Origin: a virus
Lineage: Duplodnaviria; Caudoviricetes
IMG/VR virus record: IMGVR_UViG_3300047463_000016
Location: 1 to 25,468 of that record
Strand: one strand, 5' to 3'
DNA: 25,468 nucleotides
Within the stretch, counting starts at the first letter, position 1, and every line of letters starts with the position of its first letter. Below are positions 1 through 9,146 of this stretch, one piece after another. The notes under the pieces were generated by a model. The model had not been told where the DNA came from. It ran no database searches and saw only the letters and a program-made list of their open reading frames with translations. The position numbers and the translations under genes were made by a program.

Positions 1-1
1 A

Positions 2-346
2 CTAACAACATTCTCTGCTATTAGTAAAAGTTTCAAAGCAGAAGAAGGTAATAATGATGACTTAGCTATGACTCTGGTGAACTTTGGATGGCTAACAGCA
101 CAAAGATACTTCAAGGAAAACATAAACACAGATATAAGACGAGTTCTTCAAGAAGAACAACTAAATATCATGGATCAAGATATAGCACCATTTGGTATAG
201 TAGATAATGGTGTGGATGATCCTTTCGATGCTGGTGATAAGGACGCCAAAGAAAGATGGATAGCAGTTCAGAGATATAAAGATCCATTTACATTCTCTAA
301 TGCTGACGGGTTGTGGGACATACTCTCAAATCGCGAGCGACTGTAA
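2..346 (+). CDS. gp17: Terminase large subunit, C-terminal end (5' truncated by window)
   Basis: Frame is open from base 2: LTTFSAISKSFKAEEGNNDDLAMTLVNFGWL...DIAPFGIVDNG matches the T4-like gp17 C-terminal 'AEEG.xDDLVM...PFG' pattern; lies directly upstream of gp18. Confidence 0.9.
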   Translation, partial: LTTFSAISKSFKAEEGNNDDLAMTLVNFGWLTAQRYFKENINTDIRRVLQEEQLNIMDQDIAPFGIVDNGVDDPFDAGDKDAKERWIAVQRYKDPFTFSNADGLWDILSNRERL

Positions 347-412
347 ATCTTCATTTTTCTAAATAATATAGAATAAAAAAAGTATGGTGCTTTTTTATAG
401 AGGAGAAAAACG

Positions 413-2095
413 ATGGCATTTCAGCTTTCACCGGGCGTAAATGTATCTGAAATCGATTTGACTACCGTTGTGCCCGCGGTGGCGGTGTCTTCGGCAGGTA
501 TGGCTGGCGGTTTTGTTTGGGGTCCTATGAACGAGGTTGTTACAGTAGCCAACGAGATAGAACTAGTTGATAGATTTGGTAAACCAGACGCTAACACTTA
601 CGAGACATTCTTTTCGGCTGCTAACTTCCTCAGTTATGCTAACTCTCTGAGAATCGTTAGAGCCGGTAATACAATTACACAACTCAACGCAACATCCAAC
701 TCAGCAGCGGCTCTGAATATCTCAAATCAGACTGTATATGAAGAGTCTTATCTGGATCTTTCCGGTTCTGATAGCATTGGAATGTTCGCAGCTAGATATC
801 CAGGTGAACTGGGTAATAGTCTAAAGGCATCTGCTTTAGGTAACTCAGCAGCATTTGCAGCATGGACATATGAGGCAGAATTTGATAGCGCACCTGGCAC
901 ATCAACATTCGTTTCCAATCGTGGTGGTGCAAATGATGAACTTCATATTATCATAACTGACGAAGACGGTAAGTTCTCAGGTGTTCCTGGAACGGTCCTA
1001 GAGAAATTTGCGTATGTATCAAAGGCTTCGGATGCAAAGACAGACGACGGTTCATCAAACTACTATGTAAACGTCATCAATGACCGTTCTAAGTATGTTT
1101 ATGTTATGAATCATGCTAACAACGGTACTAACTGGGGCAATGCGGCAAACGGAACCACATTTGTTGCCGGAGATACAATCACAGATTCTCTCGGCGGTGG
1201 TGTTGATGTTACTCCATCCGATGCTAACATTCAGACTGCTTATGATAAGTTTGTCAATGCTGAAGAAGTCGATGTATCACTTATCATCACAGCAGGCGCT
1301 ACACAAACAGTATCCGAATATGTTGTTGATAACATTGCAGAAGTTCGTAAGGACTGTGTTGTGTTTATCTCTCCAGAAAGATCCGATGTAGTAAACAATG
1401 CAGGAACTGAGGTGACAGATATCACAACTTATAGAAATCTGTTCAACTCATCTTCTTATGCTTTCATGGATTGCAACTGGAAATATCAGTTCGATAAGTA
1501 TAACAACGTATATCGTTGGGTACCATTGAATGGTGATATTGCCGGTCTATGTGCTAGAACGGACACAGATCGCGATCCTTGGTTCTCACCCGCCGGTCTA
1601 AATCGTGGGCAGATCAAGAATGTTGTCAAACTAGCATGGAATCCAAGTAAGACAAGTAGAGACGATCTATATAAGATTGGTGTAAATCCAGTCATGTCTA
1701 TGTCCGGTGAAGGTACAATCCTTTTCGGCGACAAGACAATGCTTGCGAAGCCTTCTGCCTTTGATCGTATCAATGTGCGTAGACTGTTCATTGTTCTGGA
1801 AAAAGCCATCTCTATCGCTTCCAGATACTCACTATTTGAGTTCAATGATGAGTTTACACGCGCTCAGTTTGTTGCTCTAATTGAACCATTCCTCAGAGAT
1901 GTAAAGGGTCGTAGAGGTATCTATGACTTCCGCGTTGTCTGTGATGGAACAAACAACACTCCTGAAGTAATTGACCGTAATGAATTTGTTGGTGATATCT
2001 ACATCAAGCCTGCTCGTTCTATCAACTTCATCCAGCTAAACTTTGTTGCTGTTAGAACCGGTGTTGCGTTTGAAGAAGTCGTTGGTCGTTTCTAA
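413..2095 (+). CDS. gp18: Tail sheath protein
   Basis: Starts MAFQLSPGVNVSEIDLT; contains ARYPGELGN, PWFSPAGLNRG, FDRINVRRLF, FEFNDEFTR, IKPARSINFIQLNFVA; GAGGAG RBS upstream. Confidence 0.97.
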   Translation: MAFQLSPGVNVSEIDLTTVVPAVAVSSAGMAGGFVWGPMNEVVTVANEIELVDRFGKPDANTYETFFSAANFLSYANSLRIVRAGNTITQLNATSNSAAALNISNQTVYEESYLDLSGSDSIGMFAARYPGELGNSLKASALGNSAAFAAWTYEAEFDSAPGTSTFVSNRGGANDELHIIITDEDGKFSGVPGTVLEKFAYVSKASDAKTDDGSSNYYVNVINDRSKYVYVMNHANNGTNWGNAANGTTFVAGDTITDSLGGGVDVTPSDANIQTAYDKFVNAEEVDVSLIITAGATQTVSEYVVDNIAEVRKDCVVFISPERSDVVNNAGTEVTDITTYRNLFNSSSYAFMDCNWKYQFDKYNNVYRWVPLNGDIAGLCARTDTDRDPWFSPAGLNRGQIKNVVKLAWNPSKTSRDDLYKIGVNPVMSMSGEGTILFGDKTMLAKPSAFDRINVRRLFIVLEKAISIASRYSLFEFNDEFTRAQFVALIEPFLRDVKGRRGIYDFRVVCDGTNNTPEVIDRNEFVGDIYIKPARSINFIQLNFVAVRTGVAFEEVVGRF

Positions 2096-2101
2096 TAAAT
2101 A
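2094..2101 (+). promoter_or_regulatory. Probable T4-type late promoter (AATAAATA) for tail tube gene
   Basis: One mismatch to TATAAATA; sits just upstream of the AGGAG RBS of gp19. Confidence 0.55.
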
Positions 2102-2122
2102 AGCAAAAGGAGTTAAAATAAA

Positions 2123-2680
2123 ATGGCATTCGATGTAGCACAATTTAGATCACGTATGGTAGGAGATGGTGCAAGACCCAATCTATTTGATTGCACCATT
2201 ACCTTTCCTCCTTCAATGATCAATCTGGGTATTACTTCACAAATTTCATTTATGGCAAGATCCTCACAACTACCAGGTTCATCAATCAATGCTGTTCCTA
2301 TGATGTATTTTGGACGTGAACTGAAGTTTGCTGGTAATAGAACATTCCAGGATTGGACCGTAACTATTATCAATGATGAGGACTTTGCAATTAGACGCCA
2401 GTTTGAACTTTGGCACTCATATATGAATAGTCATATCAGCAACCTCAGATCACAGAGTTTCGCTGGACCTATTGATTATACAGCAGACGGTTTTGTAAAT
2501 CAATATGGAAAAACAGGAGACATTCTAAAGAACTATCGCTTTGTAGGTATGTTCCCAGTTGATATCTCCACTATTGAATTGGACTGGAGTTCAAATGACA
2601 CCATCGAAGAGTTCGCTGTAACATTCACCTACCAGTGGTGGGAGTCTGATACAACAGAACCATTCGTAGTGCCAGCCTAA
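2123..2680 (+). CDS. gp19: Tail tube protein
   Basis: GARPNLF, GRELKFAGNRTFQDWTVTIINDEDF, IELDW...IEEFAVTFTYQWW; follows gp18. Confidence 0.96.
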   Translation: MAFDVAQFRSRMVGDGARPNLFDCTITFPPSMINLGITSQISFMARSSQLPGSSINAVPMMYFGRELKFAGNRTFQDWTVTIINDEDFAIRRQFELWHSYMNSHISNLRSQSFAGPIDYTADGFVNQYGKTGDILKNYRFVGMFPVDISTIELDWSSNDTIEEFAVTFTYQWWESDTTEPFVVPA

Positions 2681-2689
2681 CGACATCTA

Positions 2690-2723
2690 TATAATAGAGG
2701 GGTTTCATCGCCCCTTTATTATA
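2690..2723 (+). terminator. 13-bp stem-loop after gp19 (terminator or processing/stability hairpin)
   Basis: TATAATAGAGGGG-tttcatcg-CCCCTTTATTATA, with one G-U pair. Confidence 0.65.
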
Positions 2724-2751
2724 GTCCTTTATTCTCTGACGGAGTATATTT

Positions 2752-4464
2752 GTGGTTCAACTTTTTGGTTTTGAAATAAGTCGTAGAAAACAGCAGGGGC
2801 AGACTGAGGAGGAAAGAAACAAAGCCTTCTCAATGCCCCAGAATGACGATGGTGCAGTCAATATTCAATCAGGTTCCTATTATGGAACTTATGTTGATCT
2901 TGACGGAGTAGTAAGAAATGAAATAGAACTTATTACTCGTTATCGTGAAATGTCGATGCAACCTGAACTTGAGACAGCCATTGATGAGATAGTCAATGAG
3001 GCTATTGTCATGAAAGATTCCGGAAAATCTGTAGAAATAAACACAGATGATCTAGAACAACCAGAATCAATCAAAAATAAACTCCGTGATGAATTTGACA
3101 ATATTCTAAAACTTCTAAACTTTGGTAATATGGGGCATGATATCTTTCGGCGTTGGTATGTTGATGGAAGACTATTTTATCATATAATCATAGATGAAAC
3201 AAGACCGACTGAAGGTATTAAAGAAATCCGTTATATTGATCCAAGAAGAATCCGCAAGATTCGTGAGATTCAGAAGAAAAAAGATACTCAAACTGGTATG
3301 GAGATTATCAAAAGTCAGCGCGAATACTATCTTTACAATGAAAGAGGTGTTATTGGCGCTCATTCTAATCTTGGAACAAAGATTGCTCCAGATTCAATCG
3401 TCAATGTAAACTCTGGGCTTATGGATGGTAAGAGAGTTATGGTTCTCTCATATCTACATAAAGCAATCAAACCTCTCAATAATCTACGTATGGTAGAAGA
3501 CGCAACAGTTATCTATCGTCTGTCACGCGCACCCGAAAGACGTGTATTCTATGTTGATGTAGGTAACATGCCAACAATCAAAGCAGAACAATATCTGCGC
3601 GATATTATGGTCAAATATCGCAATAAACTTGTATATGACTCCACAACAGGTGAGATCAAAGACGACCGTAAACATCTATCTATGTTGGAAGACTTTTGGC
3701 TACCTCGCAGAGAAGGCAGCAAAGGTACTGAAATATCAACACTACCTGGTGGTATGAATCTGGGTGAACTGGAAGATGTAAAGTATTTTGAAAAGAAACT
3801 GTATAAAGCATTGGGTGTTCCTCTAGGTAGACTAGAAAACACACAGGGGTTCTCACTTGGTAAATCCACAGAAATCACCCGCGAAGAACTAAAGTTCGCG
3901 AAGTATATTCAAAGATTGCGGAATAAATTTGCAACACTCTTTGATGATCTTATGCGGATTCAGTTGCTTCTAAAGAAAATTTGTAATGAAGAAGAATGGA
4001 AGGTGTTCAAAGAAGATATCTATTACGACTTCAAGAAAGATAATAACTTTGATGAACTCAAAGAAGCGGAACTTCTAACCAATCGCATTCTACTGCTTCA
4101 ATATGTTGATCCATTTGTTGGTCGATACTATTCACAAGAATGGGTGCGTAAGAACGTTCTCCAACAGACAGATGAAGACATTGAAGAAATCAATGAACAG
4201 ATTGCGGCTGAACAAGCACAACAAGCACCAGCAGCAGCACCAACTACAGACGCGATGGGTAATCCTGTTGATCCTGTGACTGGGCAACCTATACCAGGAG
4301 CAATAACAGGCGTTGGTGGTGCTACTGTTATTCCACCAGACTCACAAACTCCACAGCAACCTCAAGCACAGCAATCTCAGCAGCAACAGGCACCCATACA
4401 AGAACAGCAGCCCATGCCATCAAAGTTTGAAGTTCAGCAGGAAGATATGGAGCTTGTCCAGTAA
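2752..4464 (+). CDS. gp20: Portal vertex protein with Q/P-rich C-terminal tail
   Basis: GTG start after GGAG; LFGF, FRRWYVDGRLFYH, YLHKAIKPLNNLRMVEDATVIYRLSRAPERRVFYVDVGN, EDFWLPRREGSKGTEISTLPGG. Confidence 0.97.
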   Translation: MVQLFGFEISRRKQQGQTEEERNKAFSMPQNDDGAVNIQSGSYYGTYVDLDGVVRNEIELITRYREMSMQPELETAIDEIVNEAIVMKDSGKSVEINTDDLEQPESIKNKLRDEFDNILKLLNFGNMGHDIFRRWYVDGRLFYHIIIDETRPTEGIKEIRYIDPRRIRKIREIQKKKDTQTGMEIIKSQREYYLYNERGVIGAHSNLGTKIAPDSIVNVNSGLMDGKRVMVLSYLHKAIKPLNNLRMVEDATVIYRLSRAPERRVFYVDVGNMPTIKAEQYLRDIMVKYRNKLVYDSTTGEIKDDRKHLSMLEDFWLPRREGSKGTEISTLPGGMNLGELEDVKYFEKKLYKALGVPLGRLENTQGFSLGKSTEITREELKFAKYIQRLRNKFATLFDDLMRIQLLLKKICNEEEWKVFKEDIYYDFKKDNNFDELKEAELLTNRILLLQYVDPFVGRYYSQEWVRKNVLQQTDEDIEEINEQIAAEQAQQAPAAAPTTDAMGNPVDPVTGQPIPGAITGVGGATVIPPDSQTPQQPQAQQSQQQQAPIQEQQPMPSKFEVQQEDMELVQ

Positions 4465-5351
4465 TGAAAAAGTTTAGACAATATATGCTTGAAGATTTGA
4501 CTGGCGCTCTTGTTGAACCACAGTCAGCAGCAGCACAACAAGCAAAGAAACTTGGACTAACATATGTTGGATTTGGTCGATATGAAGATCCAAGAACACA
4601 ACAAGTCACTCATATTGTGCAGAACGATAGACTTGTTCCATTTAGTAAAGCAATAAAGACAAATCGATTTGCTCAAGATAGTGGTGATGACTTTGGTGAG
4701 TATAATAAGAATCTGATGCCAGATGTTGAGCAAAATCATAATGATTTGACTAATACTCATCTACCAGAAATGTATGATGATGCTGAACTTGAAGCAGTTG
4801 AGAACTATACAGCAAACTCAACAGAAATAAACAACAGGCTCAGAAGTCTACCCACAGGTGTTCCAGCCGATCAGATTGAACCAATGTATGCTGGTGATCC
4901 TATTCCTGGACATATATCAGCATTGGATATGGCACTAAGTAAGAGTGTGTCACCAAAAGATTTTCTGGTATATGCTAGTCTTGGTAATGGTTTCTCAATA
5001 GATAGTTTTCAACCTGGACAGATATACCAGTTTAGAAGTTTTCGTTCAACTACATTAGATCCCAATGTAGCAATGAACTTTGCAAGTAAATACGATCAGC
5101 AACCAAGTCGTAGATCATCCTTTGTATTACAGATTCATGTACCAAAAGGCTCTAGTGGAATGTATGTAAATGAATACTCCACACAATCGGGAGAAGCTGA
5201 ATATGTGCTACCCAGAGGTTCTGCTATACAAATAGTCAGTGGTCCCACCAAGATGGTAGGTAGTAATAAACGCACCAATGATATGAATCAGGAAGTCTTT
5301 TTGTTCGTGGCTACAGTAGTAACTAATAATAAAAAGAAAAACAATAAATAA
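4464..5351 (+). CDS. VIP2/Alt-like ADP-ribosyltransferase-fold protein with a putative capsid-targeting N-terminus
   Basis: EAVENYT...INNRLR, ALDMAL, FRSTTLD, LQIHVPKGSSGMYV and GEAEYVLPRGS (ExE) match the VIP2-type ART pattern; N-terminus MKKFRQYMLE; TAATG coupling to gp20. Confidence 0.8.
   Translation: MKKFRQYMLEDLTGALVEPQSAAAQQAKKLGLTYVGFGRYEDPRTQQVTHIVQNDRLVPFSKAIKTNRFAQDSGDDFGEYNKNLMPDVEQNHNDLTNTHLPEMYDDAELEAVENYTANSTEINNRLRSLPTGVPADQIEPMYAGDPIPGHISALDMALSKSVSPKDFLVYASLGNGFSIDSFQPGQIYQFRSFRSTTLDPNVAMNFASKYDQQPSRRSSFVLQIHVPKGSSGMYVNEYSTQSGEAEYVLPRGSAIQIVSGPTKMVGSNKRTNDMNQEVFLFVATVVTNNKKKNNK
5343..5350 (+). promoter_or_regulatory. Probable late promoter (AATAAATA)
   Basis: Near-consensus; upstream of the AGGAG RBS of the 5372 ORF. 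Confidence 0.5.
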
Positions 5352-5371
5352 TAGAAAAGGAGATCACAAAT

Positions 5372-5524
5372 ATGCATATCCAGAAAGCGATTGCTAACAT
5401 TACAGAGAAGAAACTTGATGAGATGAAGCAGAATCTCAATGCTGCTCTAACAGAGAAGGCTATTGAGAAACTGGAAGAACGCAAGATTGATATCGCACAG
5501 AGTTACTTTGGCGTAAAAGGCTAA
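5372..5524 (+). CDS. Small prohead core protein, gp67-like (50 aa, not in ORF track)
   Basis: MHIQKAIANITEKKLDEMKQNLNAALTEKAIEKLEERKIDIAQSYFGVKG; AAGGAG RBS; position and 'KLEERK..IAQS.F' pattern typical of gp67-like peptides. Confidence 0.8.
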   Translation: MHIQKAIANITEKKLDEMKQNLNAALTEKAIEKLEERKIDIAQSYFGVKG

Positions 5525-5532
5525 TATGTATT

Positions 5533-7428
5533 ATGAAAAACATCAAGCATATCCGAGAAGCATATACCAATAATATTTTATTCGAAAAAGAGGAAGTCGA
5601 GTCCGATAGACTGACTAAACTTATTCGTGCAGGTATGTTTGATGTGAAGAAGTTGACGTTCTTGAAAAGAGCGTTGAAGAAAGACATCAGTAAACTAACA
5701 CAAGCAGACAGAAAAGTATTGTTAGAACTACTCGAAACACTAATAGATGAAGTAGTAAACTCACCTAATGTATACTCTAAGGTCAGACAGAATGTAATGA
5801 CGAGAGAAGAATATGATGTAATAGATGAGGCTAGCAAACCAGATTACTTTGTCAAGACTGATCCTAGATTCAAGAAAAATCCAAAGATTCTACCCGCAAT
5901 CATCATTCTAAAGAGGAAGGCTATGAGAGTTTATCCCGACAATCAGATTATCGGACTATATTATTCACAACAGCTAGATAAGTATATTAGCGTTCCTTTT
6001 GAGACTAGTGAGCGATCATTCAATGTTGGATTGAGTGAAGCAACTAAGGATGCATCTGACGACTCTAAGAAAAAGAAACCAGTGCCGGAAATAGAACACA
6101 AAAGACAGGCACTACAAAAGAAACTAGATGCACAAAAACAACTAGTCACTGATGTGGAAACTGGCGTCAGACATATGGATGATATTGGTTCAAAAGGAAG
6201 AAAAATTGTTACAAAAGATACTCTAAAACAAGTGGGTAGAGGATTTGCTTCTGGGGACACATATGCAGCACTCGGAGGATTAGGTGCTGTTATTGGTAGT
6301 AAAATACGAAGTGCTGTGAAAGGCAATAAACCTGCGGTATCAGTCAATAAGAAACAGAGTCCATCAACACCAGCACCAGAAACAAAACCATCAACACCAG
6401 CACCAGAAACAAAAAAGTCGGCTAGTGTTCCTGGTTGGGGGAAAGCAGCGCGTCGTGATCCTGCAAAGACACGCGCAGCGGCAATAACAATAGAAGAAAC
6501 AAAGAATCTTGCAAGATCCAAATTCTACGCTAAACTTGAAAAAAAGAGAATTGCAAATGAAGGTATAAATGATGATATTGATGACAATACCATATCGTCT
6601 ATTGCAAAAGATTTAACACCAGGTCTAGGAACTTATAGAGCAGCAAAAAGAACTTCTAGAGAATGGAAAAAAGGAAATTATGGAACGGCAGCTTTACATG
6701 GATTAGATACCGCTGTTAGTGGTGTAAGTGATGCTGCATTGGCTGTTCCTGTTGTTGGTTGGGCAGCAAGTGGGGCCTTAAAGGGCGCAAGAGGATTAGC
6801 CAAAGGTGTTGCTGGTGCAAAATTTTTATCCGGAAGTAGCAAAGCAGCTAAGGCTGCTAAGGGAGTAGATGCAGCAGGTGATGCTGCTAAGGCTGCTAAG
6901 GGAGTAGATGCAGCAGGTGATGCTGCTAAGGCTGCTAAGGGAACAAGCAGAGCAAGTAAGGTTATGACAGGTGTAGGAAGAGGTCTTGTAAAAGGAGCTA
7001 AACTTGCAGGACTTGCTGGTCTAGGACTTGCCATGGCCGCTGGAGGTGCCGGTGCCGGTGAAGATAATAAGTATCAATCAACAGAAATAGGTAGTAAACT
7101 AAAGACTAAAATTAGTAGACCCACAGCGGTTGATACTACCACATCAAGACAAAAGCAAGATGCTACGATGAATCGTAGATACATGCAGTCTATGAAAGAA
7201 GATTCAACAATAATCAAAGACCTTCGGAATATCATCAAAGAAGATACTAAAAACACGGAAAAACTAAATATTAGAGGTGAAAAAATTACTATAAATAATA
7301 CAATAGCGGAAAAAGTTATTGGATTGTATGATTCTCTCAATCGCGATAACAAAAAGAAGATGTTGAATATGATGAATGAAAGTGTAGAGTCTTTCAAAAA
7401 AGTAGTAAATTTTGCAGTAAGGCAATAA
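5533..7428 (+). CDS. Hypothetical head-module protein (631 aa) with Gly/Ala-rich hydrophobic segments and repeats
   Basis: Long ORF between gp67-like and gp68-like genes; globular-looking ends (ILKRKAMRVYPDNQIIGLYY; LYDSLNRDNKKKM...FKKVVNFA) flank low-complexity segments. Confidence 0.8.
   Translation: MKNIKHIREAYTNNILFEKEEVESDRLTKLIRAGMFDVKKLTFLKRALKKDISKLTQADRKVLLELLETLIDEVVNSPNVYSKVRQNVMTREEYDVIDEASKPDYFVKTDPRFKKNPKILPAIIILKRKAMRVYPDNQIIGLYYSQQLDKYISVPFETSERSFNVGLSEATKDASDDSKKKKPVPEIEHKRQALQKKLDAQKQLVTDVETGVRHMDDIGSKGRKIVTKDTLKQVGRGFASGDTYAALGGLGAVIGSKIRSAVKGNKPAVSVNKKQSPSTPAPETKPSTPAPETKKSASVPGWGKAARRDPAKTRAAAITIEETKNLARSKFYAKLEKKRIANEGINDDIDDNTISSIAKDLTPGLGTYRAAKRTSREWKKGNYGTAALHGLDTAVSGVSDAALAVPVVGWAASGALKGARGLAKGVAGAKFLSGSSKAAKAAKGVDAAGDAAKAAKGVDAAGDAAKAAKGTSRASKVMTGVGRGLVKGAKLAGLAGLGLAMAAGGAGAGEDNKYQSTEIGSKLKTKISRPTAVDTTTSRQKQDATMNRRYMQSMKEDSTIIKDLRNIIKEDTKNTEKLNIRGEKITINNTIAEKVIGLYDSLNRDNKKKMLNMMNESVESFKKVVNFAVRQ
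6361..6414 (+). repeat. 27-bp exact tandem duplication (PSTPAPETK x2)
   Basis: CCATCAACACCAGCACCAGAAACAAAA twice. Confidence 0.95.
6847..6942 (+). repeat. 39-bp exact tandem repeat, about 2.5 copies (AKAAKGVDAAGDA)
   Basis: GCTAAGGCTGCTAAGGGAGTAGATGCAGCAGGTGATGCT twice plus an 18-bp partial copy. Confidence 0.95.
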
Positions 7429-7432
7429 CAAG

Positions 7433-7945
7433 ATGGCAAATGTTATAGAGACACAAAAACTTATTGATAACAATAAAAGAGCCCTCATCAAGTATGTTGC
7501 TCTCATTGATACTGCCGATTCAGCAAATGTCATTCTAAATGCTTCTACTTTGAATTTTGCACTAAACGCAAATGGTTACATTATGACTGGTGGAACTCAT
7601 CCAAAACCATATTACAGAACATCAATCAAGCGTATCTATGGTAGCGTACGTGCTAATGCTTATATTAGATTACACTGGGATGGACCTCTTGTTGGGGGTA
7701 ACAACATTGTCACACTAGATGATGGTACCTTCAACTATTCATTCGATCAGGGCGGTGATATTGCGGTTATTTCTAATCCAGATATTGCAAACTCAAACGG
7801 CAATATATTGATGACTATTGTAACACCATCTTCAACAGATGCACTTACACTATTTATCGATCTAAAAAAAGATGCTAGAGATTATGATGCTGGACAGACA
7901 GCAGATCCAGCAGCATTCAACAGAGGACCAGCAGCATTCGCATGA
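7433..7945 (+). CDS. Hypothetical protein, probably virion-associated
   Basis: 170-aa beta-rich-looking ORF tightly packed in the head operon; ATGA overlap with the next gene. Confidence 0.75.
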   Translation: MANVIETQKLIDNNKRALIKYVALIDTADSANVILNASTLNFALNANGYIMTGGTHPKPYYRTSIKRIYGSVRANAYIRLHWDGPLVGGNNIVTLDDGTFNYSFDQGGDIAVISNPDIANSNGNILMTIVTPSSTDALTLFIDLKKDARDYDAGQTADPAAFNRGPAAFA

Positions 7946-8463
7946 ACAAGTTAATAGAACATATCCAAAATAAAGACTTCGATGCAGCAAACAAAGTTCT
8001 AGAGGAACAGATTACTCTCATTCTAGAACAGAAGTTATTGGAAATGAAGAAGATGTGTGCTGCCAATGAAGAAACTGGATTACTCAGAGCTATAAAGAAA
8101 CCATTGGCACAACGTCTGAAGAAACTAAAAAAGCCAGTTGTTATGGCTAATGGAAGTGCAGCAGCTAGACCTCTTGAAGAAGAACTAGATTCAGAGGATC
8201 TAACAGAAGAAGAACTGCTTGAAGCTCGCATCAAGATTATCAAAGCTCGTATTCGTGGTGGTGTTATTCAGCGTCGTAAGAAGGTTGCTACTGTTCCTGG
8301 TATGACAATGCGTGGTGGTAAACTAATCAGAATGACAGCATCCGAACGTCGTCGTAGAAGACTTGGTGCAAAAAGAGGTAAAATCAAGAGAAGAGGAAAG
8401 AAATCGCAAATGCTACGTAAGCGCAAACTTTCCATAATGAAAAGAAAGAGATTAGGTCTATGA
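7942..8463 (+). CDS. Prohead core protein, gp68-like
   Basis: Acidic middle, then LLE|ARIKIIKARIRGG and a highly basic tail ending RKLSIMKRKRLGL; immediately precedes gp21. Confidence 0.8.
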   Translation: MNKLIEHIQNKDFDAANKVLEEQITLILEQKLLEMKKMCAANEETGLLRAIKKPLAQRLKKLKKPVVMANGSAAARPLEEELDSEDLTEEELLEARIKIIKARIRGGVIQRRKKVATVPGMTMRGGKLIRMTASERRRRRLGAKRGKIKRRGKKSQMLRKRKLSIMKRKRLGL

Positions 8464-9110
8464 AACTTATATCCGAAGAAGTATTAGATGTTCAATATCT
8501 CGTTGAAAGAAACGAGAAAACTGGAAAAAATGAACATGTTATTGAAGGAATTTTTATGCAGGCGGAAAAGAAAAACCGCAATGGTAGAGTTTATCCTATG
8601 CATGTCCTATCAAAGGAAGTGCAGAGATATAATCAAGATTATGTAAATAAGAACAGGGCTTTTGGTGAACTGGGACATCCTGACAGTCCAACAATCAATC
8701 TTGATCGCGTGTCACATATGATTACTAAACTTTATCCTGATGGAAATAATATCATGGGTAAAGCAAAAATACTAGATACTCCAAATGGTAAGATCGTGAA
8801 AAGTCTTTTGGATGGAGGAGCTTGTCTTGGCGTATCAACTAGAGGCGTAGGGTCTCTCAAGCCACACAATGGTTATCAGTTGGTCCAAGACGATTTTCAT
8901 CTAGCCACAGCGGCTGATATTGTTGCTGATCCATCTGCTCCAGATGCTTTCGTAAGAGGTATCATGGAAGATGCGGAATGGATACTAACAGCTAAAGGTT
9001 GGATGCCAATGCATCATGATAGAGCAAAGAAACTAATCAGAGAGGCTTCTAAGTCTGATGTTGAGAATGTTGCTCTACGAGTTTGGCAATCTTTCCTTTC
9101 AAAAATCTAA
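8460..9110 (+). CDS. gp21: Prohead core protease
   Basis: IEGIFMQAEKKNRNGRVYP, AFGELGHP, GVSTRGVGSL, ADIVADPSAPDAFV. Confidence 0.97.
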   Translation: MKLISEEVLDVQYLVERNEKTGKNEHVIEGIFMQAEKKNRNGRVYPMHVLSKEVQRYNQDYVNKNRAFGELGHPDSPTINLDRVSHMITKLYPDGNNIMGKAKILDTPNGKIVKSLLDGGACLGVSTRGVGSLKPHNGYQLVQDDFHLATAADIVADPSAPDAFVRGIMEDAEWILTAKGWMPMHHDRAKKLIREASKSDVENVALRVWQSFLSKI

Positions 9111-9113
9111 ATA

Positions 9114-9121
9114 TATAAATA
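9114..9121 (+). promoter_or_regulatory. T4 late promoter TATAAATA
   Basis: Exact consensus upstream of the gp22 RBS (AAGGAG). Confidence 0.8.
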
Positions 9122-9146
9122 ATAGTAAATAAAGGAGTATTCTAAT

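Noticed and set aside
6847-6942. CRISPR-like array
   Set aside because: The repeats are contiguous and in-frame with no spacers; this is a coding tandem repeat.
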